A stretch of 62,973 bases of DNA, counting the filler, from Octopus bimaculoides (Eukaryota), in assembly GCF_001194135.2 (NCBI RefSeq). It is 5 parts of 5 records of this genome, joined end to end, with 100 filler letters (N's around TTAATTAATTAA, not from the genome) between each part and the next. Parts side by side here need not be neighbours in the genome. Positions count along the whole stretch, not along the records: positions 32,888 to 48,660 come from NC_068985.1; 4 more parts are not named here. One strand, 5' to 3'. The notes under the pieces were generated by a model. That model did no database searches and had not been told where the DNA came from. It saw only the letters and a list, made by a program, of their open reading frames with translations. Below, piece after piece: positions 35,978 through 48,760 of this stretch. The stretch's first letter is position 1; the number at the start of each line of letters is the position of its first letter. The translations under genes and the position numbers were made by a program.

Positions 35978-38514
35978 TACATTTCTATATGTGAATATGT
36001 ATATATTTCGATTTTATATTTGGTTTGCCAGATGATGTGAATTTGTCTTGAGACACATTTTGTTGTGTCATGGGGAAGTCATTACACCCAAAATAACCTT
36101 TTGTCTTTATCGTTTTGTTTTTGTCTTATGTTCTCAGTAAATTTATGGATTATGCTGTGGGGTGTGTGGTGTGACTAGGGGGATTTCTTTTCTGTGGTGG
36201 TGTGTGTCGGGGGTGGGGGGTAGGAGCGTATGTGTGTGAGACCCTGTTATGGGCCCACAAGTCAGCCTGTTTGTGGGGTCAATATTTCTAGCAACTATAG
36301 GCTATCTTACTTCTTCCCTCAGATATTGTGACGCTCATTGAAATGTCCCCAGATATCTATGTGATCACGGAAGACCTCCTCCGCAGGATCCGTGAATGTA
36401 ACCACTCCAACGACCTCGCAGTTTGTGTAGTAGGCAGTGTGGATAAGGGAGCGTAGCGGAGAGGCTAAATGACAACTGGTGGGAATATAAGGACGGGAAA
36501 CAGTCGATTGTTTGTTTAATGATCGAAATAATTACATGGCAACACTGTTTAAGGATACCTTCTGCATGATGAACATATAGTTCAATGGGGCCTTGATGTA
36601 GAGGGTCAAAATTGATTTCAGTTAAGATCAATTCATGGTAGACTACACCATGTACGTTACTTAATCAGTAATGCAACAATTTAGTCTGTTAGCAAAATGG
36701 TAGGGAGAAAAATCCACTGGGAATTATTTCGTATACAAAATTTATGTATTTTAGAGTCACACATGTATGATTTAGTGAGTTTAAATACAAAGATCATTTG
36801 AAAAATAAATCACACAAAAGTCCTTCTAGGAGATTTTATAATCTAAAACAAAAATCCAATAAACAAGGGAGTTAAATCCAATAAGATCAGATGGTTGAAA
36901 TTTTTTGACAATGTAGGCAACACTTATTGCAAGGGATCATGTCCTACTTGTTATGTTACTAAAGTAAGAAATACAAAACAGATATGAAATAAGAGAAGTG
37001 ACACTGAACATCATACCACCAATTCACTGCTATTCTGAAAATAGTTATTGATATTTTTCTCTTATGTCTCAATATTTGCTAAAAATCCAATGGAAAAAGT
37101 TTTAAAAAATACCAGCAAAACAAATATATTCATATTATTGCCATGAATCTGTTCAAAAGAAGTTTATCAATGATATTAGTCAGCCTACATTGGGTCGCAA
37201 GAACAACATTTATAGATTTAAAACACACAGATATGAGAACATTCCTTGATCTACAAAAATATCAACAATTTTCGTTTTACAAACTTGATTGACATTTTCT
37301 AATAATTTCTTTGAAACTGTCTCAAACTTTACTCAGCATGATAAACAAAACTCATAAAATGTGGTAAGATTGTGTTGGCTGTAATAACGGATAGAAACTC
37401 TGTCATTCCAAACTAAACACAGCTTCAACGAAATGAAAAGTGTTCCTGAAGGCTGTAAAATGAAATTTGCCCAGCATGAGTTAGCAATCATCATCTTTGA
37501 GAAAGATGCAGAGAAAAACCAGTGTCCAAAATAACTAAGAAAGCACTGCCAAAAGCCATAAGGAAATCCTTGATTTCAAAATAAATGGGAAAAATATTGC
37601 AAAATCGTGAAGGAAAATATTATTGCTGTTGTTGTGGTTGAAACCATAGATCAACTCTAACCAAGTAGACTAAAGCTAGAGTAGTTGTAGTAGTAGTAGT
37701 AGTAACTTTTGTTGCTGTTGTTGTAGTCATATGTAGTGAAATTGGCAGACATTGTTGAATCTGGTAGAATGAAGTAGATTATTTGTTTCAACTCTCTGCA
37801 ATCTGAGTTCCAATCTCACCAAGGTCAACTTTACTTTCCACAAGTTCTGGGTCAATAAAAGAAGAAAAAAACCCATGGCTGTAGACTAGTCGAATAGCCA
37901 GAGCATCTAATTAGATCTCTTGCATCGTCCACTTTGACGTTTATGGCAACAATTCCGCTGCCAAGCTGTATCAGCCCGGCCCCACGGTCGGACAATATGG
38001 AAAGAATGAGACGTTTTGCTGGTTTTGCATATCAAAATCTTGCAAAGGATTCCATTTTGGGGGAAAATTTCCCACGTGCAGATTCATCTCTTGTGAGACT
38101 TCCAGAAGTCTTAGAAGGACCCTGTTTCAATCCTGCTAAACGAAATCTCTAGTCAAAGATGTTCAGACCCTGACAATCTGATATATTTTCAAAGATGGAG
38201 CTTATTTTTTACTACATTTCTTCCTTTTGCCTTCTTCCATTTTAAATTTGTAAATTGTGTCTTGGGAAGAAGGGGAATCCAGCTGTTATTTCTAGCACGC
38301 CATAGAACTGGGAAATGGCGCTGTCATTGGCTGCTCTTGAGTAAATTACTGGCTGTGAGATTACAAAGCCCACTTTCCAGGCACACCGTTTCAGGTTCAG
38401 TCCCACAGCATGGCTCTTCCCTTGTTCATGAGTCCTTGATTTTAGCCCCAAGCTGACTCCATACTCTTGTATCTTACGAGTGAAGCTGATAGAAAATGTC
38501 TGGCACTCTATTGA

Positions 38515-38568
<54 letters not shown>

Positions 38569-39244
38569 NNNNNNNNNNNNNNNNNNNNNNNNNNNNNNNN
38601 NNNNNNNNNNNNNNNNNNNNNNNNNNNNNNNNNNNNNNNNNNNNNNNNNNNNNNNNNNNNNNNNNNNNNNNNNNNNNNNNNNNNNNNNNNNNNNNNNNNN
38701 NNNNNNNNNNNNNNNNNNNNNNNNNNNNNNNNNNNNNNNNNNNNNNNNNNNNNNNNNNNNNNNNNNNNNNNNNNNNNNNNNNNNNNNNNNNNNNNNNNNN
38801 NNNNNNNNNNNNNNNNNNNNNNNNNNNNNNNNNNNNNNNNNNNNNNNNNNNNNNNNNNNNNNNNNNNNNNNNNNNNNNNNNNNNNNNNNNNNNNNNNNNN
38901 NNNNNNNNNNNNNNNNNNNNNNNNNNNNNNNNNNNNNNNNNNNNNNNNNNNNNNNNNNNNNNNNNNNNNNNNTATACATATATATATACAGGCATATACA
39001 TATATACATACATACATATATATATAGAAATATATAAGAAGCAAAAATACTGAAGATTCAGTATAGACCACGTGGCAAAATTATGAGTTGAAAATATGTG
39101 GAAAAAAATATAAAATTTGGAAGAGAAATGCCTTCATTTCATATAGTTTAATATCTTTTTATAAATATATACATATTAAACGGATGTTGTGAAATCCAAC
39201 TGGTTTTCGCTATTTAAATTAGCTTTTCAAGGGACATTGTACAG

Positions 39245-39537
39245 GTGGCATGTAAAAGGCACCATTCGAGCGTGGTCGATGCCAGTATTACGTACAAAGC
39301 ACCATTCAAGCATGGTCGATGCCAGTTCCGCCTGACTAGCCTTCATGCCGGTGGCATGTAAAAAGCACCCACTACACTCTCAGAGTGGTTGGCATTAGGA
39401 AGGACATCTAGCTGTAGAAACTCTGCCAGATCAGATTAGAGTCTGGTATAGTCTTCTGCCTTGCCAGTCCTCAGTCAAACCAACCAACTCATGTCAGCAT
39501 GGAAAGCAGACAGTAAACGATGATAATGATGATGATA
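39245..39537 (+). mobile_element. Repeat family D (AGGAAGG.CATC.AGCTGTAGAAAC block, (GAT)n tail)
   Basis: Tandem GTGGCATGTAAAA.GCACC units, then GAGTGGTTGGCATTAGGAAGG..; ends AGCATGGAAAGC.GAC.GTAAACGATGATAATGATG. Related copies at 42410, 43160 and 43440. Confidence 0.75.
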
Positions 39538-39564
39538 TAAGGCCCAAGAATAGTAAAAAAAAAA

Positions 39565-40400
39565 CATGTGCCATAAAACTGGTTGAGGCATTTCAAGGAA
39601 GGTGACACCAGCCTCGAAGACAAACCAAGGTCAGAGAGACCTTCTGTAGTGGAAAATGAAGCCTAACTGAAAAGGCTGAGCAACAGCCAAGCACAAGCAC
39701 TCATACAGTGTTGGTAGAAATGACATTGCTACAAGCTAAGCCTTGGGAACAGACACTGTTGAGAAGTTCCTCCTAAAATGACCAATGACCAGGCTTAATG
39801 AAAACTGCTAGCAAATCGTTCAGATGCCCATTTTTGATGTCAAATTGTAAATTGGGGATGGAAACTGGATCTATTTTTGTAATTCTTGAAGAAATCAGTG
39901 ACTATGTAGCGACTAGGCTTCAGAATCTCTTCTGAAACAAGGACAGTTTGAACAGAAGGTCACATTGTGTGTTGGGTAGAATTCTGGAAGTGTGTTGCAA
40001 TGCTGTGATCGTTAATCTTTATGCACCACAACAGTAGCAAGTTTATGATGCTTTGAAGGCCTGCTACCTGGCTGGGTCAATCGAAGATTGCACTCCTACA
40101 ACTTGACAAAGCTCCGGCGCACATTGTCAATGTGAGCAAGTGCAAACTTGAGAGACTCGAGGGGCTGGAAGTGCTGCATCACCTGGCCAACAGACCAGGC
40201 CTTTCACCATCAGGCTACCACCTTCTCCAGGACACATCTCATTTCCTGCATGGACAGAGTTTCAATAATATAGATGAGGTTGAAATAGGTGCAGGAATTT
40301 GTATACCTCTTAACCAGCCGAATTCTACAAGTGTGGAATAGTTCTTCTGGTACAACGATGGCAACAGTCAAAATATTATGTGCTAAATTTTGATGAATAA
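39565..40400 (+). mobile_element. Decayed mariner transposase
   Basis: WLRHFKEGDTSLEDKPRSERPSV (mariner W..RF..GD.SLED.PRSGRP motif) at 39580 and EVLHHLANRPGLSPSGYHLLQDTSHFLHGQSFNNIDEVE (decayed HPPYSPDLAPSDYHLF) near 40170-40280. Confidence 0.85.
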
Positions 40401-40635
40401 ACATTTTCTGTCTGCAATTTGTTTGAATTCTTAATTAAAGCTTGGAATACGAAAATGCTGTTGACTCAATTTGCTAGATAGATAAATAGATAGATAGATA
40501 TATAGATAGATAGAGATAGAGAGAGATAGAGAGAGAGAGAGAGAAAGGGAGAGAGAGAGATCCATAGATAGATGTACACATACACACACATATGCATCAA
40601 CATGAGCATGCATCCCTATATACCTGCACATCTTA

Positions 40636-40698
<63 letters not shown>

Positions 40699-40820
40699 CA
40701 TACATGTATATATGCATATATGTATACATATGTGTGTATCTAACTGACTATCGTTTTGTGTAAAAAGAAAACCTGCATATATACATACTTATATACACTT
40801 ACTCATAGAAATACACACAT

Positions 40821-40863
<43 letters not shown>

Positions 40864-41061
40864 AACCATGCTTACACAAAACATACATAAACATAACATA
40901 ATAAAAATACACTAAAAACGAAAAACATATCAAAGAATAAAAAGAAACAAAAACAACGAAATTTCTAAGGAATCAAAGAACTTCGCAAGTCATTAAGAGA
41001 AGTGTTCAGTCAGACTGGAATTATTTCACGCTTGGGTGAATTCTATTTGATTTCTTAATAG

Positions 41062-41135
41062 TTGCAAAATTCAGAGAAGCTTATATCACAAAACAGCACA
41101 GAGCATTATCCATTTCTCCCAGATTTAACACTGAT
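41062..41135 (+). CDS. Candidate 74-nt internal coding exon of an unidentified gene
   Basis: Acceptor TTCTATTTGATTTCTTAATAG and donor GAT|GTAAGT. Two open frames: AKFREAYITKQHRALSISPRFNTD (phase 1 to 0) or LQNSEKLISQNSTEHYPFLPDLTL (phase 0 to 2). Lies in the CpG-poor block. Confidence 0.45.
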
Positions 41136-41524
41136 GTAAGTTCCGTCAAGTATATTACATCAACTTGGCTAAACTACAAGAGAGAGATGTATTCCTTGGA
41201 CAGCTTGCTATCCGTTCTTCAAGTCTTTTAGCATTTATTTCATAGTGTCATCAAATCTTTACCATCTCAATGTGATTTTCGCTTGAATAAAATTTTCAGT
41301 GTCTATTTTATGTGATGGCATGAAAAGTATATGAGCGTTTGCGTGTGCATGTGTGAACATGTGTGCGTATGCGAGTGCTTGTGTTTGTATGTGATTGTTA
41401 GCTGTTAATGTAAATGTTTTGTATATAAGGATTCACATATCGGAGATGTGTATGCATATGCTTGGATGTATTTATGTATATATTTATAATTATCGGAACA
41501 CATACACACACATATGTATGCATG

Positions 41525-41592
<68 letters not shown>

Positions 41593-41854
41593 TGTGTGTG
41601 TGTATATATGTATAGGTATGTATGTATAAATGTGTGTATATATATATATATATATATACACACACGTACACACATATATATGTATGTATATGCTTTCACT
41701 TCTACAGCAGATATTTACATATACACACTCCAAGATATGCATATGTCAGTACATTAAGTGTATATGCATTTAGTGAGCTGGAGTGTGTGCAAATCATAGA
41801 TATCTCTATGTAAACATACATGCATGAATATACGTATGTGTATACCTTGATACC

Positions 41855-42250
41855 CGACATTTTTGGACCCGGAGAAGACCTTTCATAGGGTCGCTTCCTT
41901 TTTCATGTAATGAACAGTAAGGAAGCTAGGGGTATATGAATAGCAACTGAGGGCTGTATAAGCTATGTACGGGGATGCAGGCAGCTAAGTGAGTGTTAAG
42001 GTGTATGTAGCAGGCTGGTTGGCGGCCGTCAAAGCTTGGTCCCTACTTCCTCCCGTTTATTACAGTCATCCAAACCATAAAAGAGGCGGTTAAGACTGAC
42101 TGTCCATGGGAAGTCCTGTGTGCTGACGACCTTGTTCTTAAAGGTGAATCTGTAAAAGAATTGGAGAGGTTAAAGGTGTGGAATGATAACCTGGAATTGC
42201 AGGGAATCAAAGTAAAATTAGCCAAGGCTAAAGTTAAAGACTTTTTCAAC
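41855..42250 (+). mobile_element. RTE-clade LINE reverse-transcriptase fragment (pseudogenised)
   Basis: FLDPEKTFHRV (D.EKAFDRV motif) followed by FITVIQTIKEAVKTDCPWEVLCADDLVLKGESVKELERLKVWNDNLELQGIKVKLAK (PWELLYADDLVL of RTE RTs). Confidence 0.85.
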
Positions 42251-42364
42251 TTCCGAGCGTTATACTAATACATCTGTTTGTTTTCTACACCACTTGTCTT
42301 CGTCTGTTGTTTTTTCCCTATATATATATATATATATAATCCGTGTTGCTTATTTTGATTTTTT

Positions 42365-42409
<45 letters not shown>

Positions 42410-42411
<2 letters not shown>

Positions 42412-42745
42412 TCGTTTAACATCCGCTTTCCATGCTAGCATGGGTTGGACGATTTGACAGGACTGGCAAGCCAGAAGGCTGCTCCGGGCCCCAATCTGAT
42501 GTGGCAGAGTTTCTACAGCTGGATGCTCTTCCTAACGCCAATCACTCCGAGAGTGTAGTGGGTGCTTTTATGTGCCACTGGCATGGGGGCCAGCCACACG
42601 GTACTGGCAACGACCACGCTCAAAAAGGTGTTTCTTACGTGTCACCTGCACGGGAGCCAGTCCAGCGGCACTGGTAACGACCTCGCTCGAATGATTTTTT
42701 AACGTGCCACCAGCACAAGTGCTGGAAGGCAACGCTGGTAACGAT
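42410..42745 (-). mobile_element. Repeat family D
   Basis: GTTTAACATCCGCTTTCCATGCTAGCATGGG..GTTTCTACAGCTGGATGC.CTTCCTAACGCCAA.CACTCCGAGAGTGTAGTGGGTGCTTTT. Confidence 0.8.
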
Positions 42746-43159
42746 TACGCTCATGACTGTACATATATATTTGTACGTATATTACATACACTTACACATA
42801 CACACACTTATACACACACTTACACATACACACACTTACACATACACACACTTACACATACACACACACACATGGACATGCTTGTTATTACGAATGCATT
42901 TTAGCCGTACAGTGTCAAGAAGTTTTCTTCCTAACCATTGACCTCAAGTTCAATTCCAATACACAGCACCTTGAGCAAATCTCTTCTGCTACAAGTATGG
43001 CCTGACCAAAGCCCTACGAGTGGATTTGGTTCATCGAAACTGAATGAAGTGTGTGTGTGTGTGTGTGTGCGTGTGTGTGTGTGTGTGTGTATCTATATGC
43101 ATATGTGTATATGTTTGAGTGTATGCACAATTGTGCTTGCTTGTTTTCACATGGTATAA

Positions 43160-43420
43160 TCACCATCATCCTCATCCTCATTATTTAACCTCCGCTCTCC
43201 ATGCTGACATGGGTTCAATGGTTTCACTTGCACCAGTTTATGATCTGTTTGGTTTGGTTTCTATGGCTGGATGCCCTTCCTAATGTCAACCACTCTGAGA
43301 GTGTAGAGGGTGTTTTTTACATGTCACTGGCGCAGGTGCCATTGACTTGACACCGGTATTGGCCATGACTGCAGTCTCACTTGGCTGGACAGGTCTACAG
43401 AAGCACGGTATATCGCCAGC
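43160..43420 (-). mobile_element. Repeat family D, decayed
   Basis: TTTCTATGGCTGGATGCCCTTCCTAATGTCAACCACTCTGAGAGTGTAG.GGGTG.TTTTT. Confidence 0.75.
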
Positions 43421-43439
43421 AGTGTTTGTGTGTTAGTCA

Positions 43440-43640
43440 TAAATCATTGTCACACAAGCAGTGTCATTCATTTCAAATCTTACATCAAACACATGTCTGG
43501 CCATGGAGATGTATTACGTTACTCTGAAAAAGGTGAGGAGAGTTGGTGACTGGGAGGGCATCCAGCTGTAGAAAACCGTTCTCCATAAACTCTGTCGGAC
43601 TCATACTGACATCGGAATACGGATGTTAAAACAATGATGC
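43440..43640 (+). mobile_element. Family D-related variant
   Basis: GTTGGTGACTGGGAGGGCATCCAGCTGTAGAAAA..GCGGATGTTAAAAC.ATGATG-like 3' end. Confidence 0.6.
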
Positions 43641-43725
43641 TGATTATTATTGTTGGAATTAAAATATTTTTTGTTATTGTTGTTGTTTTTGTGCTGCTCT
43701 GTTCCATGAGATTGCATCTTTTAAG

Positions 43726-43832
43726 TTAAAACCTCATTATTAGCTGACAATATGTTCAAAACAATGTACCTGCAGAGTTGTGTGAAAACATCTGAAGATA
43801 TAAATGCCAATTACAGCGCCCAATATCGACAG
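43726..43832 (+). other. Candidate coding exon (weak splice sites)
   Basis: Acceptor CATCTTTTAAG; open frame KTSLLADNMFKTMYLQSCVKTSEDINANYSAQYRQ. The donor would be CAG|GCAACA, or A|GTTTTT at 43851. Its phase does not join 41062-41135 directly. Confidence 0.25.
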
Positions 43833-43958
43833 GCAACATTTAGCTCTCCAAGTTTTTTTTTTCTTTTCTTTTTCTTTTAAGACATTTATTTATTTATTTA
43901 TTTATTACCCATTCATCATTCTTGCTGTCAAATCAACAATGGAATACGGAAAGCCACT

Positions 43959-44016
<58 letters not shown>

Positions 44017-44859
44017 TAACAACAACATTACTAACAAGAATAACAATCTCATTTTTATACATAATAGCAGTGGTGGCAGCGATGGTGGTGGAGGTGGTAG
44101 TTGTAATGATGATGGTGATGATGATGATGATGAAAAATAATAAAGAAATGTATAAAAAAAAATTAAAAGAATATGCAGAATAAATAGATAAATAAATAAA
44201 TAAAAATTGAAAATAATATGAAATTTGTGATAACAAAACAAGAATAAAATATGTTATGTTGAGAACATTTAAGATGCAGGCAATTCATGTAAAAATAAAA
44301 AAATATTAATCAAAATCATTCAAAACTTTTGGTTCAGAATTCCACAGAAAATTTTCAAAGAAAATTTCGTATTTTAATTGAAAAGTTCAATAAATCTATT
44401 TCATTATAAGACAAATCAATTAAATACAATGGTAGAAGCCAAAGAGTAAGAAGAAGCTAGCAAGGAGGTTTGTCTTGGTGCTGGTTATGAATAGTCAAGG
44501 AATATATTTCCATATTTCACTTCAATTTCGCAGCAAATGCCTCAAGGAAATCTGAGAAGATATGGCAGGGTTTTTGTGTGAAGTTTTATATTTTAATGAT
44601 GGAAGGCGGGGCTCATGGACTTAGTATGCCCTCCCAGATAAGTGAACTGAATTGCAGTTGAATTGATCAAATGTTCTGTAGATTAATGCCTCTTGGGGAA
44701 ATATGGTGTAGAATAAATGAGTTCCAGAGAATTGCAGTTCATGATATAACGCTTGGGGATTAAAATAAAGTAAGAATAATGTAAATATGGAAGGTTACCG
44801 TTCTTTAACTTTAATTTAAATTTGAAATTACAAATATCTATGATATCCTTTCTACTAAT

Positions 44860-45010
44860 AGCACAAGGCCCGTAATTTGGGATGGGTGCAAGTTAACCCC
44901 AGTGCTGAACTGGTGTCTATTTTATTGACTTTGAAAGGATAAAAAGGCAAAGCCAACACCGGTGGGATTTGAACTCAGAACATAAAGATCTAGAACAAAT
45001 GCCATACACA
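44860..45010 (-). mobile_element. SINE family B, decayed with CpG loss
   Basis: GCACAAGGCCCG.AATTT..CCCCAGTG..AACTGGT..TATTTTATTGAC..GAAAGGAT.AAAGGCAAAG.CAAC..GGATTTGAACTCAGAA. Confidence 0.75.
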
Positions 45011-46329
45011 CGTTATTCATCAAAGTTGTGACCACTCCATATTATATTTTTCGTTTCGCAAAAAGCATAACTTGGATTGCATTAACCAGTGTGTGTCTTG
45101 GTTTTGGAAGTTCTTAAACAGTACACCATAAAATGTCTGGAAATGTGCCACAGTCTTTTAAAAATACAATTTAATGACAGCATCAAAAGACATTTGAACT
45201 TGCTGCTAAAGAGTAGGATTTCAACGTTTTTGCTGCCATGATATTGCTGAAATTCACAGCCTTTATTTCAATTAATTTTTGAAAATAATGAAGGCTTTAG
45301 TCAAATAGCTGTTATTATTAAGCTTGTGTTTGGAGCATAAATTAAGATAAAATTTTGATGGCAGGTTTTAACCTTGATTGCTTTTACCATTTTGCTACCA
45401 TGTTTCTATTGAGATGTGTTGCCTTTATTTCAACGAGTTTTTAACTTTGTCGTTACTTAGCTGGTGTTTAGCACTTTGATTAACATAAAGTCTTGATGGA
45501 AGGTTTTAATCTAGATCACTTCAAAACAAAGTTCATATCATAAATCCGATGCTGGTCTTGAATGAATTGGAATCAAAGAATTAAGGAAGATTTGTCTGCT
45601 GTTGTTCTTGTTCTGGTAGAACAGATCTTGGATCTAAAATATTCAAGTTATGACCATCCCGTTATTGTTGTTTCATGCATAGCATAACAAGATCTACATG
45701 ATGCGTAGCTACAACAACGATTTGATTGTTATTTCTAGCAGCTCCAGTGACCATGCAGAGGTTTCCACATTGGCTTCAGGAAGTGGAATGCACCAGGTGT
45801 ACTTAGGTGAGGCTAGTAGACAGTAGGGCCTTATATAAAAACCATGTGAGATACCAGTGGACTGTAGGCAGTAGAAACCAGTAGCATAGCAAAGCTGCTC
45901 AGAGCTTGGAGGCACTGGGGTGCCATACCATTATTCATAAGAAGCAGCAGGAAATTTGACATCTTTGTAATGAGTCAACAATAATTCTTAGTTTGTTTTA
46001 AATCTTGGTACTTATTCAATTGGCTTCTTTTGCCAAACCGTTTAATGACAGGGACATAAAAACACCAACATTCTATGGTGCAAACTGACTGTTTTAACCC
46101 TTTTGATAGAAACCTGGTTGAAACCTCATCTGGTTAGCACAAATGTCTAGTTTTCAAAAGTTCTGAATTAAATTCTTCCACCAATTATTAGTCACAATTT
46201 ATGTTCCTAACTTAATGATAACTAATTGACAGAAGCACAGAGTGTCTCAACAGAAATATGGTTAAACAAAGGGTCAAAGTGAGCTTAGTTAAAATATTCC
46301 ATCAAAAGCTCATTTTAATTTATGTTCCA

Positions 46330-46560
46330 CTGAATGGCAGCGAACTGACAGAATCATTAGCTCACTGGGAAAAAAATACTTTTCAGCATTTCAGTCGTCT
46401 TCATGTTCTGAGTTCAAATTCCACAAAGGTTGACTTTGCCTGTCAGGCTTTCAGTATATATTTCAAAACAAGTACCAGTTACGTACTGGCGTTGGTTATA
46501 ATAATAGCCCCTTGCTTGGAAGTGCTAACTTTGTGCCAAACTTTGGAACAAAATTATGTT
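46330..46560 (+). mobile_element. SINE family B, decayed, tail type 3
   Basis: GGCAGCGAACTGACAGAATCATTAGC..GTTCTGAGTTCAAATTCCAC.AAGGTTGACTTTGCC..AAGTACCAGTT..TACTGG..TTGTGCCAAA.TTTG.AAC. Confidence 0.75.
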
Positions 46561-46984
46561 TCAAAGAGTAGCTTAATAATTTCAAATTTATTTTACTGTA
46601 TCTTCCACCACACTAAAAATGATTTACTGCAAAGGCAGTGTATTTCAGTAAAATTATGATAACAAAAGAGCTAAAAGAAGGTGAATGAACCCATAAATCC
46701 CCAGAAATACTTGTATTGTTTCAGGGTTGATTGGTTCCAAGAGGTTCTCTTGTTATCTACATTCTTCATTCTTTTTCAGCTGTAATCCATACACAAACGT
46801 CACTTTGCCCTCCACTCAGCCATCTTACTAATCCACAGGCAAAGCTGTATGGTTAGGAAGCTTGCCTTCCAAAGATTAAGTTTCGAAGCTCAGTTCCACT
46901 GCATGGCACCTTGGGTAAGTGTCTTCCATTAGGTTTGTGGGCCACAAAGACCTTTGAATGGATTTGGCAGATGGAAATTGAAAA

Positions 46985-47345
46985 ATGACGACAATGAAGG
47001 CAAATGATAATGATGACAATCATGAAGATGATTATGATGATGACGATGATGATGTCAACGACGACTACAACGACTACGACGACGATGACGATAGTATCGT
47101 TGACAACGATGACGATGATGACGGTGATGACAATGACAACAATGATGATGGTGACAATATTGATGATGATCATGAGGTTGGTGATGATGATAATGATGAT
47201 AACACCAACACTGATGATGACGATGATGACAAGTACAATGACAATGACAATGTTAATGATGAAGACAAAGATGACAATAACGTTAGTGACGATGATGGCG
47301 ATGATGATGATGATAATGATGATGATGATGATGGCGACGGCACGA
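46985..47345. repeat. Degenerate (GAT/GAC/AAT)n trinucleotide tract
   Basis: Gives the poly-Asp and poly-Met ORFs in the track; no splice or homology support. Confidence 0.9.
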
Positions 47346-48420
47346 CAACATTTCTAAACTTCTATTGGGGTTAACCTCAAGCGTTCTCTTCTTTCATAGT
47401 TCTTTTGTCATCATTACAGTGTCTAATTAATCATAGTGTAACATACTCTGAGAAAAATATCGAACATTTTCAGCTGCTTCCAAGAAAGACGTGGAGAAAA
47501 ATTTATATGATTGAAATAAGATTGGCTATCATATTGTTGTTGATTAAGATTGATGTTAATGTAATTCGTTAAACCATTTCTTCTCATTTAGTATTTCTAT
47601 TTGTCAATGTTTTGAATGGAATGATCGATTGGTTTTTGTTTTTCTTTCGCTCCCGAAGAAGAAAAATGTAAACTTGATTGATGTCTTTTTAGTATTCAAG
47701 AAGTCTTGGTCAACTCGTTTGTGGACGACTTCTAACATGGCAATTACCAATCAAAGACTTGTTTAATGATATTTTTTCCATGTCTTAATGATACAGCCTT
47801 TATTTTTATAATTTTTGCTTTAGGTACATTATCTGGAAATTTAAGACTTCAAATATTTGTTTCTATCATTTAGAAGACTGTTAGTAAATTGACCAATTAT
47901 GGTGGAATCTCCTGCAGGGTTTCATTATATTTTGAATTTATTGTTGGAATGAGGGAAAATCTTGTTAGTAGCAATACTTACACAATGATTTTTAATTGTG
48001 TCTGGAACTACCAAGTTGTGTATCATGACTGGAGCATTGAGCGGCAGAAATACAAGCTTTGTCCTTTGTCAAATTCAAATTTGGGGCCGGGGTACAGCAA
48101 TGTTTGTGTAGTTATGGAGTTTGCTTTGCAATTATGTGATTTGGGGTTCAATCTCACTAAATGGTATTTTAGGCCATTCATTGTTTCTTATTATTGTTTT
48201 GGTTGAGGAATATCTTCTAAATGGAGCTTGGTAGATGGAAACTACTGAAAACTGTTCTCTCTTTCTCTTTCTCTTTTCCATCGTCGTCGTCGTCATCGTC
48301 GTCATCGTCATCATCATCATCATCATCATATATATATATATATCAGAGGAAGGTGTTGATTTCTCAGCCCAAGAATTACAGTGTGATGTGCTGCTTGACT
48401 GGTCCCCCCTCTCTCTCTCT

Positions 48421-48456
<36 letters not shown>

Positions 48457-48660
48457 ATGATGATGATGATCTTTTCTCCCGCCATGCCTCTGTCTACCCC
48501 TCCATCCTCTCTAAATCAGTTCCTGTCTCTCTCTCTCTCTCTCGTAGTTTTTCCTTAAGGTTTTCAGGTTCTGGGTATATATAAATGAGAAATCCATTCT
48601 AAATTATCTCAATCTCTTCTCCGCTGACATACTACGACGAAGTCTCCAAGATGCAGATAA

Positions 48661-48760
48661 NNNNNNNNNNNNNNNNNNNNNNNNNNNNNNNNNNNNNNNN
48701 NNNNTTAATTAATTAANNNNNNNNNNNNNNNNNNNNNNNNNNNNNNNNNNNNNNNNNNNN
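48661..48760. other. Artificial scaffold-join spacer
   Basis: 44 N + TTAATTAATTAA (48705-48716) + 44 N. Confidence 0.95.

Noticed and set aside
36323-36429. Exon-like segment DIVTLIEMSPDIYVITEDLLRRIRECNHSNDLAVCV
   Set aside because: Good acceptor but poor donor. The opposite strand is also open, and the surroundings look like retroelement debris.
39325-39420. Twister-like word order in family D (CCGCCTG..TGCCGGT..GTAAAA..GAGTGGTTGG)
   Set aside because: It lacks the conserved twister core residues and pseudoknot pairings; the resemblance is only superficial.
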